A DNA stretch of 64,000 bases from a virus: the IMG/VR virus record IMGVR_UViG_3300032298_000540, positions 1-64,000 of that record; one strand, written 5' to 3'. A program made the position numbers and the translations under genes. The notes beneath the pieces are model-generated. The model made no database searches and was not told the origin of the DNA. It saw only the letters and a program-made list of their open reading frames with translations. This document shows, in pieces, positions 7,465 to 16,840 of the stretch; position 1 is the first letter of the stretch; every line of letters begins with the position of its first letter.

Positions 7465-8289
7465 ATGGCAGACCTAGTTACGTACGATCCAACACAGGCT
7501 TTTTTGTCTAGATTTAGTAAATATGGAATAGAACAAGCTGTTGCAAGTGCAAAGCAAAAATATGATAAACTTCTCCAATCAAAAGCAGCACAATCTCTTA
7601 CAGGTCGTGCGGGCATGATCGGTGCTGGGGCAGCCGGTTTAGGAGTTGCTGCTAATCAGCTTTTAGGAGGAGAGCCTCTTGGTGCAGTTGCAGGATTGGG
7701 AGGCAGTGTTGTAGGTGGAAGAATAGGTTCTTCTATGGGTAGAGTATTTGGTACCCCTGGTAGATTAATTGGTGGTGCTCTTGGTTCTGTAGCAGGAGGT
7801 TTGATTGCTGGTCAAGGTGCAGAATATGCTAAAGCAGCTGTTACAGGTGCGGGTAAAGGAACAGCTCCTGGCGGTACAGAACCCCCTGCTTATATTCCCG
7901 GTACTAATATCCCATTAAATGAAACAGCACGATATCTTGAGAGTCAAAAAGCTATAGGTAATCAACAACTTGATTTATATAAAGGATACAGTGCAGCAGA
8001 TAGAGCAGGAATGAAAGACATCATTCAACATAGTATGGAAACACAAATACAACTTTCTAAACGGCTAGATCCAATTATTCAACAATCTAAAGATAAAGAT
8101 ATGGTGCGTACCCAAGCTTTAATGAATACAGGAGGTAACATAGATGCACGTCTTGGCATGTTAGCTACACAAGGAGCTTTAGCAAAAGGAGCCCAAGCAG
8201 AAGCTGGAGCATTAGCCCGTACTTTTGCAGGCACTAATCCGTATGCACAATTTGCTAATCGTCAATCACCTAATATTCAATTTGGTTAA
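7465..8289 (+). CDS. Putative ejection or internal virion protein
   Basis: Glycine zippers followed by Q/A-rich helical region. Confidence 0.7.
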   Translation: MADLVTYDPTQAFLSRFSKYGIEQAVASAKQKYDKLLQSKAAQSLTGRAGMIGAGAAGLGVAANQLLGGEPLGAVAGLGGSVVGGRIGSSMGRVFGTPGRLIGGALGSVAGGLIAGQGAEYAKAAVTGAGKGTAPGGTEPPAYIPGTNIPLNETARYLESQKAIGNQQLDLYKGYSAADRAGMKDIIQHSMETQIQLSKRLDPIIQQSKDKDMVRTQALMNTGGNIDARLGMLATQGALAKGAQAEAGALARTFAGTNPYAQFANRQSPNIQFG

Positions 8290-8291
8290 TC

Positions 8292-8783
8292 ATGGCAAAC
8301 TATAGTAATTATTTTCCGCTTGCTGGAACTTCTATGGGATTAGGAGCCAAAGATTTATTCACTGCTTTTGGACCCGAAACACAGTTTGGTACTAGGACTT
8401 CTGGACAAGGTTCTTTTGATCCTTCAAAAATGGGTGAGTTAGCACAGGCGTTGTATGTAGCAAATCTAGGTAAACCAAGTCAAGCAGAAGAATTTAAAAC
8501 TCTGGTTCCATTACTGAAAGAAATGAGTACATTTCAAGCTGATATAGCTAATAAAAATGCGCAACGTAAATTTGGACAAGAAATGTTAGGTGCAGGAATA
8601 GGTGCATTAGGAAGAGGAGTACAAACAAGCATTGCTGGTGGTAGTCCAGAGATGCTTGCTTACCTGGCACAAGGCCCAGTAAGAGCAGCAGAAGCCTATC
8701 AACGAGGTATAACATCTATGCCTCGTCAAGATGTACCAGTATTTGCTGCACGACCCACACCTGATCGAAGATATTTTAGTTAG
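8292..8783 (+). CDS. Hypothetical virion protein
   Basis: 163 aa, tightly packed in operon. Confidence 0.65.
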   Translation: MANYSNYFPLAGTSMGLGAKDLFTAFGPETQFGTRTSGQGSFDPSKMGELAQALYVANLGKPSQAEEFKTLVPLLKEMSTFQADIANKNAQRKFGQEMLGAGIGALGRGVQTSIAGGSPEMLAYLAQGPVRAAEAYQRGITSMPRQDVPVFAARPTPDRRYFS

Positions 8784-8785
8784 AT

Positions 8786-9337
8786 ATGGCTTATGATTGG
8801 AGTAAAGCAGATTTAAACGCTGGACTTGGAAATTGGAGTACACTAGGTTCAAGTAAAGGAGGAAAAGACATGTTTTTTGCAGGAGCGGCGGGTCCTATCT
8901 TAGGAGGACTCATTGGACTTGGCGGTAATATTTTACAAGGAGGAGCTGATAGAGAATCAGCAAATCAACAACGTAAGTCTGCAAAAGAACAAGCCATATA
9001 TGGCATGCTTGGCACAATGCAAGCAGCTAATGATGCACGGGCAGCTAGATCTACTGCAGGTGCAATGAATGTATTTGGACAACTTGGTGGGTCGTTATAT
9101 AATGCACCTATTGATTATGCATGGCAACGCAGAGGTAAAGAAGAGGACTTAGGATTTAAAGCAAGGCAATTCGCAATGGCAAGAGAAGAGAGTCGTTTAG
9201 GAGAAGAACAAGAACAGACTCCTTTATTTAAAAAAGGTAGGGAAGATACCGCTAGAATGGATAGATTAGCAGGGAGATATGCAGCAGCATTACCTGCCAT
9301 GACCCAGTGGGGTCAATTTAACTTACCCAATGCATAG
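8786..9337 (+). CDS. Putative DNA pilot or ejection-like protein
   Basis: GPILGGLIGLGGNILQGG followed by A/Q-rich coiled coil. Confidence 0.6.
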   Translation: MAYDWSKADLNAGLGNWSTLGSSKGGKDMFFAGAAGPILGGLIGLGGNILQGGADRESANQQRKSAKEQAIYGMLGTMQAANDARAARSTAGAMNVFGQLGGSLYNAPIDYAWQRRGKEEDLGFKARQFAMAREESRLGEEQEQTPLFKKGREDTARMDRLAGRYAAALPAMTQWGQFNLPNA

Positions 9338-9347
9338 GAGATAAATT

Positions 9348-10466
9348 ATGGGAGCTGGAGGAGGTGGATCTAAAGGTGGGGGTAATGACATGATGATGTA
9401 TGTCATGATGAACCAACAAGCAGCAGCAGCTGAGAAAGAAAGACAGGAAGCAAGAGATTTTCAAAACAGAATAATAAGTGAAGCACAAGCTGAGAAAAAA
9501 GCTGAACAAGATAGAATTACGCAAAAAGAAGCAGCTCGTAAAGCTACCGGAGAAGCCGGACGGGGAGCTTATATTTCAAATGTTAAACAACGTGTATCTA
9601 GTGGTCTAATAGGAGAAGAATCAGCACAAAAATTAATACAAGATTATTACACTAACTATGATCTTACACCAGCAACAGATGAATTAACAGGTATAACTGA
9701 CGCATACCAGCAGTTTGCACCAAAGAAACGTGCAGCAGAACTAAGTGCGCTTTACCAACGCACCGTGGGACGCCCTGCAACAGCAGATGAACTAACAGAA
9801 AAACAATCACAGATGGCCCTGGGGCGCACCATTGGTGATATAGAACAAGACATACAAGCTAGTACAGAATACAAAAAACAACGCCCTGGCAGTGCTTTTG
9901 AAGCTGAACAGGAGGCTCGTTATGGTGGGCCAGTATTAGACACCACTGGTACAAGAACGGGAACATATAAATATAATTTTGGAGCTACGAATTTACCTGG
10001 TCTTTCTGAGGATCTCGTAAAACAAATAGGCGTTACAGCACCTTCTTTTACTGGTAAAGAGTTTATTGGTTCAGCAGAAGAAATCGAAGGCGCTAAACAA
10101 GCTAAAAATAATTATGAAACTTTTTTATATAACTCAGGATTAACGGCTTTAAAAGGAAATCTTGATAAAGAAATCAGTAAATATGCACAAGATAAAGAAA
10201 CAGAAAGAACAGAAAAAACTGTAAAAGGTCAAATAGATATAGAAGGTATAAGACAAACAGGTCAAAAAGCAATAAGTGATTTTGCACAGTTAGAAGAAAC
10301 AAGAAGAACTGAAAAAGTTGTAGCGGGACAAAAAGACGTAGAAGATATAAGAGTTAGGGGACAAAAAGAAATAACTGAACAAACTATTAAAGGAGATATC
10401 AGAAGGAATAGAGAGCAACAAGCGTATGGATTACTACAAGGTGTTGTTGGATCATTTAACTTTTAA
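9348..10466 (+). CDS. Putative internal virion protein
   Basis: MGAGGGGS start, coiled coil, LYQRTVGRPA..E motif, duplicated ET.RTEK.V.GQ.D.E.IR..GQK.I unit near C-terminus. Confidence 0.7.
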   Translation: MGAGGGGSKGGGNDMMMYVMMNQQAAAAEKERQEARDFQNRIISEAQAEKKAEQDRITQKEAARKATGEAGRGAYISNVKQRVSSGLIGEESAQKLIQDYYTNYDLTPATDELTGITDAYQQFAPKKRAAELSALYQRTVGRPATADELTEKQSQMALGRTIGDIEQDIQASTEYKKQRPGSAFEAEQEARYGGPVLDTTGTRTGTYKYNFGATNLPGLSEDLVKQIGVTAPSFTGKEFIGSAEEIEGAKQAKNNYETFLYNSGLTALKGNLDKEISKYAQDKETERTEKTVKGQIDIEGIRQTGQKAISDFAQLEETRRTEKVVAGQKDVEDIRVRGQKEITEQTIKGDIRRNREQQAYGLLQGVVGSFNF

Positions 10467-10468
10467 TT

Positions 10469-10603
10469 ATGGAAAACACTGAAAGGGAACAACCAAAAGA
10501 CACTCAAGAAAAACCTCAAAATAACTTTGATGTTAATGCTTTTAAGTCATTATTAAAAGCATTAAAAGCTAGACAAGAAGCTGATATACCTTTTCAAGAT
10601 TAA
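10469..10603 (+). CDS. Small hypothetical protein (44 aa)
   Basis: MENTEREQPK...IPFQD fills the gap between genes; below ORF-track cutoff. Confidence 0.5.
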   Translation: MENTEREQPKDTQEKPQNNFDVNAFKSLLKALKARQEADIPFQD

Positions 10604-10636
10604 GTTGCTATAATTAATTCAGTACAAACAGAAAAA

Positions 10637-10888
10637 ATGGCTTACGCAGATCAGTTAACAAGCTTAAAGCAGTCTCTTGCCGCAGGTAATATTGATCAAA
10701 CAACATATGAAGAATTGCGTAAGCAACTTGCAGAAGGTGAGTACACACCTAAAGCAGATCTTACTCAATTTGAAACTCTTTTAGGTAAATTAGAAGGTTC
10801 TAAAATGCGTCAGCAACGTCAAAAATCTGTTGAAGGACGCAGAGATGTCTTTAGTCAAGGCCTCGCTAGCATGATGAGTAATTTCTAA
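10637..10888 (+). CDS. Hypothetical protein
   Basis: 83 aa; TGcTATAAT extended -10 at 10606-10614. Confidence 0.7.
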   Translation: MAYADQLTSLKQSLAAGNIDQTTYEELRKQLAEGEYTPKADLTQFETLLGKLEGSKMRQQRQKSVEGRRDVFSQGLASMMSNF

Positions 10889-10896
10889 TAAGTTCC

Positions 10897-11157
10897 ATGG
10901 CAACCACCACAACCACAACTGATCCTCTGGATTCAGCTTATACTGATGATTGGTTTGATATTGACAAATATCGCCAAGCAGCTGGTGTTGCTTATGAGTT
11001 TTCTAAAAAGAAACTAGAAGATACAGCTAAAGAAGGAAGAGAAACTATTGGAAAACAAGCAGGTGAAGAGCGTACAGGAGCTGAGCAAAGGCAGAAATTT
11101 AGTGAAGCCGACGAAGCCAGGGACGCTGCCCAGGCCCGTGGAGCTTACAAATACTGA
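10897..11157 (+). CDS. Hypothetical protein
   Basis: 86-aa ORF. Confidence 0.7.
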   Translation: MATTTTTTDPLDSAYTDDWFDIDKYRQAAGVAYEFSKKKLEDTAKEGRETIGKQAGEERTGAEQRQKFSEADEARDAAQARGAYKY

Positions 11158-11644
11158 AGTCTTTGATGCGTGGGTAGAGGGATTAGATCCTGGTACTCAT
11201 GAGTCATTCTGTTCTTTTTGTTCAGAAAACTATTCAACAATTGAATGTTTTCTTTATGCACGTTTTCTTGGTTACCTAAGTAGCATCACTGCATGTGAAG
11301 AATGGATAAAAGAAAAGTATCAAAAACCTGACCACAGGCAGATACTACTGGATGAAATTGGGTACATGAAAGATGACATCCGTTTATTACGTGATGATAT
11401 TGAAAATATGGGTGTAAAGAGAGAAGCAGGCGTTGCACGTATTGCAGCAATGGAAAAAGAACTCCGTGGCACCATTAACCAAGTAGAGCAATTTACAGCT
11501 AACAAAGACAGGAAAGGCTTGTTGATGGCTGGGGCAGACCGTGCTATACGTGAATTAGCTTTTATATTTAAAGATGATCCAATTGAAGGACCTTTAAAAG
11601 AAGCAGCAATGAGTGTATGGGCAAGAATGCAATTAGAAGAATAA
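11048..11644 (+). CDS. Conserved hypothetical protein, terminase small subunit candidate (start uncertain)
   Basis: Helical/coiled-coil protein upstream of TerL; TerS role is positional inference only. Confidence 0.6.
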   Translation: MENKQVKSVQELSKGRNLVKPTKPGTLPRPVELTNTEVFDAWVEGLDPGTHESFCSFCSENYSTIECFLYARFLGYLSSITACEEWIKEKYQKPDHRQILLDEIGYMKDDIRLLRDDIENMGVKREAGVARIAAMEKELRGTINQVEQFTANKDRKGLLMAGADRAIRELAFIFKDDPIEGPLKEAAMSVWARMQLEE

Positions 11645-11679
11645 TGTACTAAAATAAGTTTATTACTGAAGTATCAGAC

Positions 11680-11856
11680 ATGGCTGGCAAAGTACCCCCC
11701 AAGGGGAAAGAAGAGATGAAAGGTGGCAAGAAAGCTATTCCCCCTAATCCGCCCAAAGGCGGTAAGCCTGTTGCTAAAGGCGCTGCAAAGCCTGTTGACA
11801 AGAAAGAGGACATGAAGACCAAGATGGATCGTTTACGCGCCCTTAAGGGTAAGTGA
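11680..11856 (+). CDS. Small Lys/Pro-rich basic protein (58 aa)
   Basis: MAGKVPPKGKEEMKGGKK...RLRALKGK. Confidence 0.6.
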   Translation: MAGKVPPKGKEEMKGGKKAIPPNPPKGGKPVAKGAAKPVDKKEDMKTKMDRLRALKGK

Positions 11857-11863
11857 GGTAATT

Positions 11864-12247
11864 ATGGGTGCCGGAAACCAATCTCCCCAAATGGGAGGCA
11901 AAACTGCAGATGCAGGCAAACAAGCAATGATGGAAGCAATGATGCGCCGTCAAATGGAAGATCGAGTTAATCAGGATGTCAGGCGTTCACAACCAAGTTC
12001 TCCCGAGACCGAACTAGGTTTACCAGCAGGATATCGTCCTGGTTTAGCTCCTGATTATCAAAACGCAGAAGCAGAATCTCGCCTAAGAGAACTTGCAAAT
12101 AGCTCTAACGTAGAAGCAGCAAATCCATCTAGTGGATTTAATGCACCAATTAAAGGCGGTATTTCCATGGGACCAGGGAGATCTAGTCGTTATACAGATG
12201 AAGAAGCACAGGAATTAATGCGACGCGCTCAAGAGCAACGTCGTTAA
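11864..12247 (+). CDS. Hypothetical protein
   Basis: 127 aa, GAGG SD upstream. Confidence 0.65.
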   Translation: MGAGNQSPQMGGKTADAGKQAMMEAMMRRQMEDRVNQDVRRSQPSSPETELGLPAGYRPGLAPDYQNAEAESRLRELANSSNVEAANPSSGFNAPIKGGISMGPGRSSRYTDEEAQELMRRAQEQRR

Positions 12248-12251
12248 TTAG

Positions 12252-12404
12252 ATGGCTAAAAAATCAATGCCCCCTGAAGTTCTTGAGATATTCAAGAATA
12301 AAGAAGCAAAAAAAGAAGACGGCTCTAATATGACAGACAAAGAAAAACGTAGGGCAGCTTTAGATAAAGCTCGTAGATATAAAGAACAAAAAACTAAATC
12401 TTAG
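12252..12404 (+). CDS. Small basic protein (50 aa)
   Basis: MAKKSMPPEVLEIFKNKEAKK... Confidence 0.55.
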   Translation: MAKKSMPPEVLEIFKNKEAKKEDGSNMTDKEKRRAALDKARRYKEQKTKS

Positions 12405-12433
12405 GCTATATTTGAGCTAGTTAGTTTCTTGGC

Positions 12434-15400
12434 ATGCCCTCATATTTACATCTTGCGTATCGACGCAACGCAAGGGCGGCTGCAAAAAACTACACAGTTA
12501 AACCAGCTGATAACCAAGAAGCAGTAAAAAAAGCTAGAGAAGATTTTAGTTTCTTTTGTGAATATGTTGCTAACAAACCACCAGCCTCTCATCACAAAGA
12601 CTGGCACGGACACTTTGTAACAGGTGAAGATAGCGTTTGTTTAAAGAGTATAGCCGGTCCTAATATTGATCTACTTGGTCCCCGCGGACCACTAGCTGTA
12701 TCTACACCGGTAGCTACTCCTAATGGATGGGTACCCATAGGCGAACTACAAGTTAGTGATATTGTTTTTTCTGAACACGGGCAATTAACTGAAGTAGTAG
12801 GTATTTCAGATTACGAAGAATCTCTTACATGGGAAGTCGTCTTTACTGATGGTTCTTCTGTTCGTTGTGATGACCAACACCTATGGAAGGTTCGACGAAT
12901 GGGAACAGACGGAAAAGGAGATTGGCGCAGCATGACGCTTAATGAAATACGTACACAAAAAACAGTAGGGATTAAAGGGAATGGTCGCCCTGGAGCACTG
13001 ACCCAAAGAGTTACTGCAACATGTGAGTCAGGAGAAACACCTTGGTTAGATAGTAGAGGTTATCCTCGTTATCAGATTCCTGTCACACAACCAGTTGAAT
13101 ATCCAGCAACAGAGCTTCCTCTTGATCCATATTTATTAGGGGCATTACTTGGTGATGGTTCTCTTAGTTCCAATAACCTTTCCTTATGTAGTGCAGATCC
13201 AGAGATTGTTGAACGTTGTTCCTTAGGATTACCAGAAGATTATCGTTTTAAAAAAGTAGCAAAATATGGATATAATATCTCACATGTTAAAGGGGTTCTT
13301 GCGGGAGGAAAACCAAGTGTTGTGCGAGAGATCCTAAAAACACTTGGGGTCTATGGTAAAACATCAATTGATAAGTTTATTCCTAAGTCTTATTTGACAG
13401 CATCGATACCTGATCGAGAAGCATTGTTACAAGGGCTGCTAGACACAGATGGTACTGTTGCATCTACAGGAGGGGTGTCTTTTTGTACAACATCTACAGC
13501 TCTTGTTAAAGATGTAACAGAACTAGTTCAATCCCTTGGAGGGATAGCAACACAACGTGCGTCACAATTAAATACATACCTAAACAAACATCAAGAGCGT
13601 GTACGTACGACAACACCATCAGTTACCTTAGGTATCAAATTACCAGATAGCATTAAACCTTTTCACTTACACCGTAAAGCCCAAAGATATTCTCCTTGCA
13701 CCAAGTATCTTCCTTGCCGCAGCATTAAAGATATTCGTCCATCAACAACAGAAAAAGTACGTTGTATTGAAGTAGCTGACACCTGTCATACTTTCTTAAC
13801 TAAAGATTATATTGTTAGTCATAATTCGGCAAAGTCAACGACCTTAGGTTTGTTTACTGCATGGGCTATTGGTGTACATACCACAGCTAAATTACCTTTA
13901 CAAATTCTTTATCTTTCTTATACTGTTGAAATTGCACGTCCTAAGTCAGCTGCAATTAAACGTATTATAGAAAGTCGTAAATATCAAGAAGTATTTCCTG
14001 CAGTAAGACTTCTTAAGAACGTAACAAGTAATGAATACTGGTCAGTGGACCATAAATTTGCAGGCATAGAAAGTATCGGAGACGAGATGTTTACTCTCTG
14101 TGCTGCAGGCTTAAAAGGCTCAGTGACATCTAAGCGTTCCCATCTTTGCCTGATAGGGGATACACTGGTGTTAACAAATCATGGCAACGTTCCAATTGCC
14201 ACTATTTATGCAAATCCTGACGACTACCAAATTGCTACCAGAAATCACACCACAGATCAAATTGAGTGGAGCAACGTGGCCGCAGTTACAAAACGTAATA
14301 CCAAAGGAATTATTAGCATTGAAACAGAATGTGGAAATAAGATTCAATGCACTCCCGAACATCCTTTCATTACGGCGGACGGAAGGCAAAAGAGGGCAGC
14401 AGATTTTAGTCCAGGGGAAACCATTGTCGGATTATCCAACAGGGGACAAGTTGACACATTTACTAATTCTTGCAAGAGATTGTTCAATTTGCGTTGGTTG
14501 CAACACCTCGGAACACAAATAGCTATTAAACAACGGGCAACTGAGAACCAATCTTTGTGTCCACCATATAGATCACAATCTTTCAAACAATACCCCACAA
14601 AATTTAATCACGTTGTGCAGGCAGTGCCATGTAGCACATCACCAGATAACAGACAAAGCTGGGAGGCCGTCACCATTTCTAGAGTTGAGTTCTTTAGCGA
14701 AAAAGAGGAGTTTGTCTATGACTTAGAAGTCAGTCATAGCAGTCATAATTTTATTGCTAATGGTTTAAATGTTTTGAATTGTTTAATTGACGACTGTATA
14801 AAATCTGCTACGGATATAGCTAACCCTGATATACGTAAGGCAATGCAAGATAACTGGAACGCAGTTATTTCCCCAACTATGTTTGAAGGTGGAAGAGCAA
14901 TATGTCTGGGCACCAGGTTTAGACATGACGATATACATGCCACTACATTTAATGAACAAAATAATTGGCGACAGATCGTATTGTCTGCAATTCAACAAGA
15001 TCCTAAAACAGGAGATGAACTTTCCTATTGGCCTGAAATGTGGTCACTTGAATACCTAAAGGAAAAAAAACGAACGGCACCTATTGCATTCTCTTTTCAG
15101 TACATGAATCAAATAGTCAGACAAGGTGAATTATCCCTGGCACCAGAACTAATTGTAAAAGCCGAGATAGCAACAGAATTTGATTCACTTGGAATAGGGG
15201 TTGATTTATCTGCTGGTATTAAAGAAAAGAATGACTACACCGTAATGGTTCTAGGTGGACGCATTGATGATCGTATCCATATTATTGATTACCGCAGGAT
15301 ACGGGCCATGGGTAATCTAGAAAAGCTAGATGAAATGAAAGAATTACTTAATGATTGGTCAATCATAGGAAAGGATGACAATGGGAATTACTTCCCAACC

Positions 15401-15730
15401 TTTTCTACTTGTGATGTTTGGTCAGAAGCCGTCCAGTATCAAGCCTCTCTCGAAGCCGACTTTAAGAGGATTTGCCTTAATGACGAAGGTCTGCACAACT
15501 TGATCTGGCACCCCGTCAAGGGCTTCCGTGCAGATAAGCTGGCGCGGTTTAGGGGGATTATAGGCATGTTTGAAGAACGAAAAATAATCTTTAATCGTTT
15601 TCGGAACTTCACTAATCTCTTCGAGGAACTCACAAATTTCGGCGTGAGTAGTCATGATGATTGTGTGGATGCGTTGGTATGGCTAGTAAATGGATTGGCC
15701 AAAAAAGGAAAGCTCCAATTTGATTACTAG
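12434..15730 (+). CDS. terL: Terminase large subunit with two inteins (about 508 aa after splicing)
   Basis: Spliced Walker A PRG|SAKST, Walker B region SHL|CLIDD, GTRF..DD coupling motif, RNase H-like nuclease GVDLS...DYT and HDDCVDAL. Confidence 0.95.
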   Translation: MPSYLHLAYRRNARAAAKNYTVKPADNQEAVKKAREDFSFFCEYVANKPPASHHKDWHGHFVTGEDSVCLKSIAGPNIDLLGPRGPLAVSTPVATPNGWVPIGELQVSDIVFSEHGQLTEVVGISDYEESLTWEVVFTDGSSVRCDDQHLWKVRRMGTDGKGDWRSMTLNEIRTQKTVGIKGNGRPGALTQRVTATCESGETPWLDSRGYPRYQIPVTQPVEYPATELPLDPYLLGALLGDGSLSSNNLSLCSADPEIVERCSLGLPEDYRFKKVAKYGYNISHVKGVLAGGKPSVVREILKTLGVYGKTSIDKFIPKSYLTASIPDREALLQGLLDTDGTVASTGGVSFCTTSTALVKDVTELVQSLGGIATQRASQLNTYLNKHQERVRTTTPSVTLGIKLPDSIKPFHLHRKAQRYSPCTKYLPCRSIKDIRPSTTEKVRCIEVADTCHTFLTKDYIVSHNSAKSTTLGLFTAWAIGVHTTAKLPLQILYLSYTVEIARPKSAAIKRIIESRKYQEVFPAVRLLKNVTSNEYWSVDHKFAGIESIGDEMFTLCAAGLKGSVTSKRSHLCLIGDTLVLTNHGNVPIATIYANPDDYQIATRNHTTDQIEWSNVAAVTKRNTKGIISIETECGNKIQCTPEHPFITADGRQKRAADFSPGETIVGLSNRGQVDTFTNSCKRLFNLRWLQHLGTQIAIKQRATENQSLCPPYRSQSFKQYPTKFNHVVQAVPCSTSPDNRQSWEAVTISRVEFFSEKEEFVYDLEVSHSSHNFIANGLNVLNCLIDDCIKSATDIANPDIRKAMQDNWNAVISPTMFEGGRAICLGTRFRHDDIHATTFNEQNNWRQIVLSAIQQDPKTGDELSYWPEMWSLEYLKEKKRTAPIAFSFQYMNQIVRQGELSLAPELIVKAEIATEFDSLGIGVDLSAGIKEKNDYTVMVLGGRIDDRIHIIDYRRIRAMGNLEKLDEMKELLNDWSIIGKDDNGNYFPTFSTCDVWSEAVQYQASLEADFKRICLNDEGLHNLIWHPVKGFRADKLARFRGIIGMFEERKIIFNRFRNFTNLFEELTNFGVSSHDDCVDALVWLVNGLAKKGKLQFDY
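12689..13825 (+). mobile_element. Class 3 intein (Pro1) with LAGLIDADG homing endonuclease, 379 aa
   Basis: Starts PLAVSTPVATPNGW; block B CDDQHLW; LLGALLGDGS and LLQGLLDTDG; block F VRCIEV; ends IVSHN before +1 Ser. Confidence 0.92.
14147..14779 (+). mobile_element. Class 1 intein, 211 aa, with no in-frame endonuclease
   Basis: Starts CLIGDTLV; block B CTPEHPF; block F VYDLEV..HNFIANG; ends VLN (Leu instead of penultimate His) before +1 Cys. Confidence 0.9.
14181..14726 (+). pseudogene. HNH endonuclease in the +1 frame inside intein 2, interrupted by TAG at 14520-14522
   Basis: +1 frame reads LILARDCSICVGCNTSEHK*LLNNGQLRTNLCVHHIDHNLSNNTPQNLITLCRQCHVAHH...MT*. Confidence 0.8.
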
Positions 15731-15766
15731 ACCTTAGAATAGTAGCAGAAAGAACAGGCTGACGCA

Positions 15767-16042
15767 TTGGGACCCGAACTCTTGCTGGTTATTATTGGCT
15801 TTTCGGTACCAGCTGTTACTGGTGTTGGGTGGGTGACAAATAAATTGTTAGGCCGTTTTCATGAACGCATCCTTCGTGTGGAAAAACGAATGGACAACAC
15901 CGATGCCGATCTGAATTCCATGTATCATCGTTTACCTATTGAGTATGTTCTTAAGGTTGATTTTTTAAGAGAGATGCAACAAATGCAGGATAATTTTAAA
16001 CAGATTAATATTAAACTTGATAAACTAATTGAAAAGTTGTAA
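15767..16042 (+). CDS. Membrane-anchored coiled-coil protein
   Basis: N-terminal TM segment then heptad coiled coil. Confidence 0.65.
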   Translation: MGPELLLVIIGFSVPAVTGVGWVTNKLLGRFHERILRVEKRMDNTDADLNSMYHRLPIEYVLKVDFLREMQQMQDNFKQINIKLDKLIEKL

Positions 16043-16046
16043 CCAA

Positions 16047-16229
16047 ATGAATTACACCCTTGAAATCCAAGAAGACAGCAACGGAGATTATTTTATTGAA
16101 TTTCCCACTGAAATAGTAGAAGCCCTTGGTTGGGCAGAAGGAGATATTTTAGAATGGAAATTAAAAGCTCAAGGTGTAATTTTATCAAAACTTAATGATC
16201 CAACAGGATATGAAGCAATAGAAGAATAG
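16047..16229 (+). CDS. AbrB/MazE/SpoVT-like DNA-binding protein
   Basis: FIEFPTEIVEALGWAEGDILEW swapped-hairpin motif. Confidence 0.75.
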   Translation: MNYTLEIQEDSNGDYFIEFPTEIVEALGWAEGDILEWKLKAQGVILSKLNDPTGYEAIEE

Positions 16230-16262
16230 GTTGATAGAATAGAAACAATGATTGATAAATAA

Positions 16263-16799
16263 ATGAGAGTAAGTGGATTTCAGAATGTTCCAGGGGCACC
16301 TGGTAATTTACTAGCTGGCATTAACATGTCAGGTTTTGATATTAATAAGAGACCAGGAACACTAGGAGGACGTGCAGGAGAACAGCTTAAAGGTATTTAC
16401 GAAGGTGGTACACAACAGAATCAACAACTGAACGAAGAGTTAAGAAACAGAGGCATCATGCCACGAGGTGTGAATCTTCCTTTAGTTCAAGGAGGGCCTT
16501 CCCCTCTTGGTAATGCAGGATTCTTTGAAGGGCAAAATATTAATGCTTTCCAAACTCCTTTTTCTAATCCTTTACTAGCAGAAAATCAAGGACCTAGTAC
16601 ACCTGTTAAATACTATCCTGATGCAAATAAAGGACAAGGAGGATATCTTCCTAATCGTGGTGCAGGCTATCCCGCAAATGTGCGCCCTAAAGGCCAGCAG
16701 CTTCTTGCTCAAGGGGATCCCGATAACGTTGAGGACAACGAACAAATGTTAAATCAATTTTCTTTACCAAATGGATTTATTAATAAATACATCTCTTGA
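16263..16799 (+). CDS. Hypothetical Gly/Asn/Gln-rich protein
   Basis: 178-aa ORF with upstream TGaTAGAAT. Confidence 0.65.
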   Translation: MRVSGFQNVPGAPGNLLAGINMSGFDINKRPGTLGGRAGEQLKGIYEGGTQQNQQLNEELRNRGIMPRGVNLPLVQGGPSPLGNAGFFEGQNINAFQTPFSNPLLAENQGPSTPVKYYPDANKGQGGYLPNRGAGYPANVRPKGQQLLAQGDPDNVEDNEQMLNQFSLPNGFINKYIS

Positions 16800-16840
16800 A
16801 GTTATTAATCTTTAACTAAATTAGTAATTTATAACGTGTT

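Noticed and set aside
14414-14421. GGGGAAAC as a -1 slippery site giving access to the HNH frame
   Set aside because: The heptamer is not in the TerL frame, and a -1 shift from TerL would not reach the +1 frame.
14520-14522. Amber recoding (TAG read as Gln) to explain the stop in the nested HNH
   Set aside because: TAG ends clear genes here (terL, 5884-6468, 8292-8783) right before the next gene, and no suppressor tRNA is visible.
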